A DNA stretch of 64,000 nucleotides from Macrostomum lignano (lineage: Eukaryota), in assembly GCA_002269645.1 (NCBI GenBank), contig NIVC01000973.1, positions 1 to 64,000 of the forward strand. Direction: 5' to 3'. The position numbers and the translations under genes were made by a program. Below are positions 62,832 to 64,000 of the stretch, piece after piece. The number at the start of each line of letters is the position of its first letter. Within the stretch, counting starts at the first letter, position 1. A model generated the notes under the pieces. The model saw only the letters and a list, made by a program, of their open reading frames with translations. It had not been told where the DNA came from and did no database searches.

Positions 62832-64000
62832 TGTTGAAATGAACAAGTCATGAGCTGAGAGTATGCGAGACAAGACGAAAGTGCCAAGAGCACCGACAAC
62901 CAACGATACGATTTATTATAAGCGAGGTTCAATAGTAGCCACCCCCACCCCAGGGCTAAAACACCAACAATGTACATTAAAATCACGATAGAGCAGAGAC
63001 GTGCAAAGAGCGTAAGCCACGGACCATGAGTACACGCACAGAGTTAAGAACACAAACAATACACGGAGTAAAAGCGCACCCCAACCCCACGCACCAGGCC
63101 CAAACAAAGACTGAAACCACAAGAACAAAATCAAAGAGTCAAGTACAGTCACAAAGAGTCACTAGACTTTATAGCAGACAGTCTGGCGAGGCCGAAGCTC
63201 GTACGGCTCTCGCTGGCCACTGTTCATTGGCGCCACCGTTGGTTCCGGATCAGGAAGGTGCTCAACCATGGCGTCAGGAAGCTGCTCCGGCAACTCCGCC
63301 TCAGGTTCGGCCCCCTCAGGCGACCCAGGCGCACTCGGCCGGTCGGTCCACTGATTCGAGTGCGCCAGCCGCAGGCCGCCGTCCGATTGGTCCGCAGGGG
63401 CTACCAGCGCCGTGTTCTGGCCGTGCTGCACCACGAACTTGGCCGGAACCGGCGAAAATCCCGGACGCATCCTCAGCCAGATTGGATCGCCCACCTGCTC
63501 AGTCATGGTTAGCGGGTGGCGAAGGCGACGACCCCACATCAGAACGTCCGGAGATGCCGCTCGATTTCCACTGGGCCGGCTGGTCCTGATCGTCAGCAGC
63601 AGTTTCTGCAGGAAGTGGTCGAACGGCACCATCTTCGTCCACGCCTTGAGTCCATCCTTGATGATCCTCACCAGCCTTTCTGCCTGACCGTTCGAGGCCG
63701 GATGGTACGGTGGAGTGTGCAGCTCCTGGCACCCGATGCTGCGCAGCCACTGGGACACTTACTCCGACTTGAACTCCGGCGCATTGTCTGACACCAGCGT
63801 CCGAGGCACTCCGTTCCTGGCAAATACCGCTCTCAGAACCCGCAGGACACTGTCCGCAGTTTGGTCTGGCACCTGAATCGCCTCAGGCCACCCGGAGTAG
63901 GAGTCCGACAGCAGCAGTAGCAGGCCGACATCAGAAATCTCACAATGGTCCATGTGAACCCGGGACCACGGCTCACTCTCGGCTGGCCAGGTGTCGATTC
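62832..64000 (-). mobile_element. Gypsy LTR retrotransposon 3' end (integrase, PPT, 3' LTR)
   Basis: WSRVHMD, VSDNAPEF, TPPYHPASNGQAER. In-frame TAA at 63759-61. PPT-like ggggtggggg, then a TG...CA segment at 62941-62832 containing AATAAA. Confidence 0.9.

Overview
Eukaryotic (animal) genomic DNA: GC-rich exons, introns packed with minisatellites, and AT-rich blocks of decayed transposons. The style suggests a flatworm such as Macrostomum; this is an inference and was not verified. I assembled the genes by hand from splice sites and frame continuity. Minus strand: VPS54 (6 exons, 8530-1656, with an N-terminal C2H2-like extension); EXOSC2/RRP4 directly upstream of it (2 exons found, first exon not found; operon-like spacing); a 4-exon ankyrin-repeat gene; and a 2-exon biogenic-amine GPCR. 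Plus strand: a 7-exon SLC7 L-type amino acid transporter; a 5-exon orphan type-I membrane protein with a probable GC-AG intron; and a single-exon neuropeptide precursor ending MRYG (NKY-like). Mobile DNA: a decayed mariner carrying a nested piggyBac derivative (TTAA TSD) and a GC-rich MITE (8-bp TSD); a 697-bp long-TIR element with an 8-bp TSD; nested hAT-like/MITE elements; an RTE-like LINE fragment; and the 3' end of a Gypsy LTR element. There are about 30 tandem arrays. Exon boundaries are predictions, and array boundaries are approximate.
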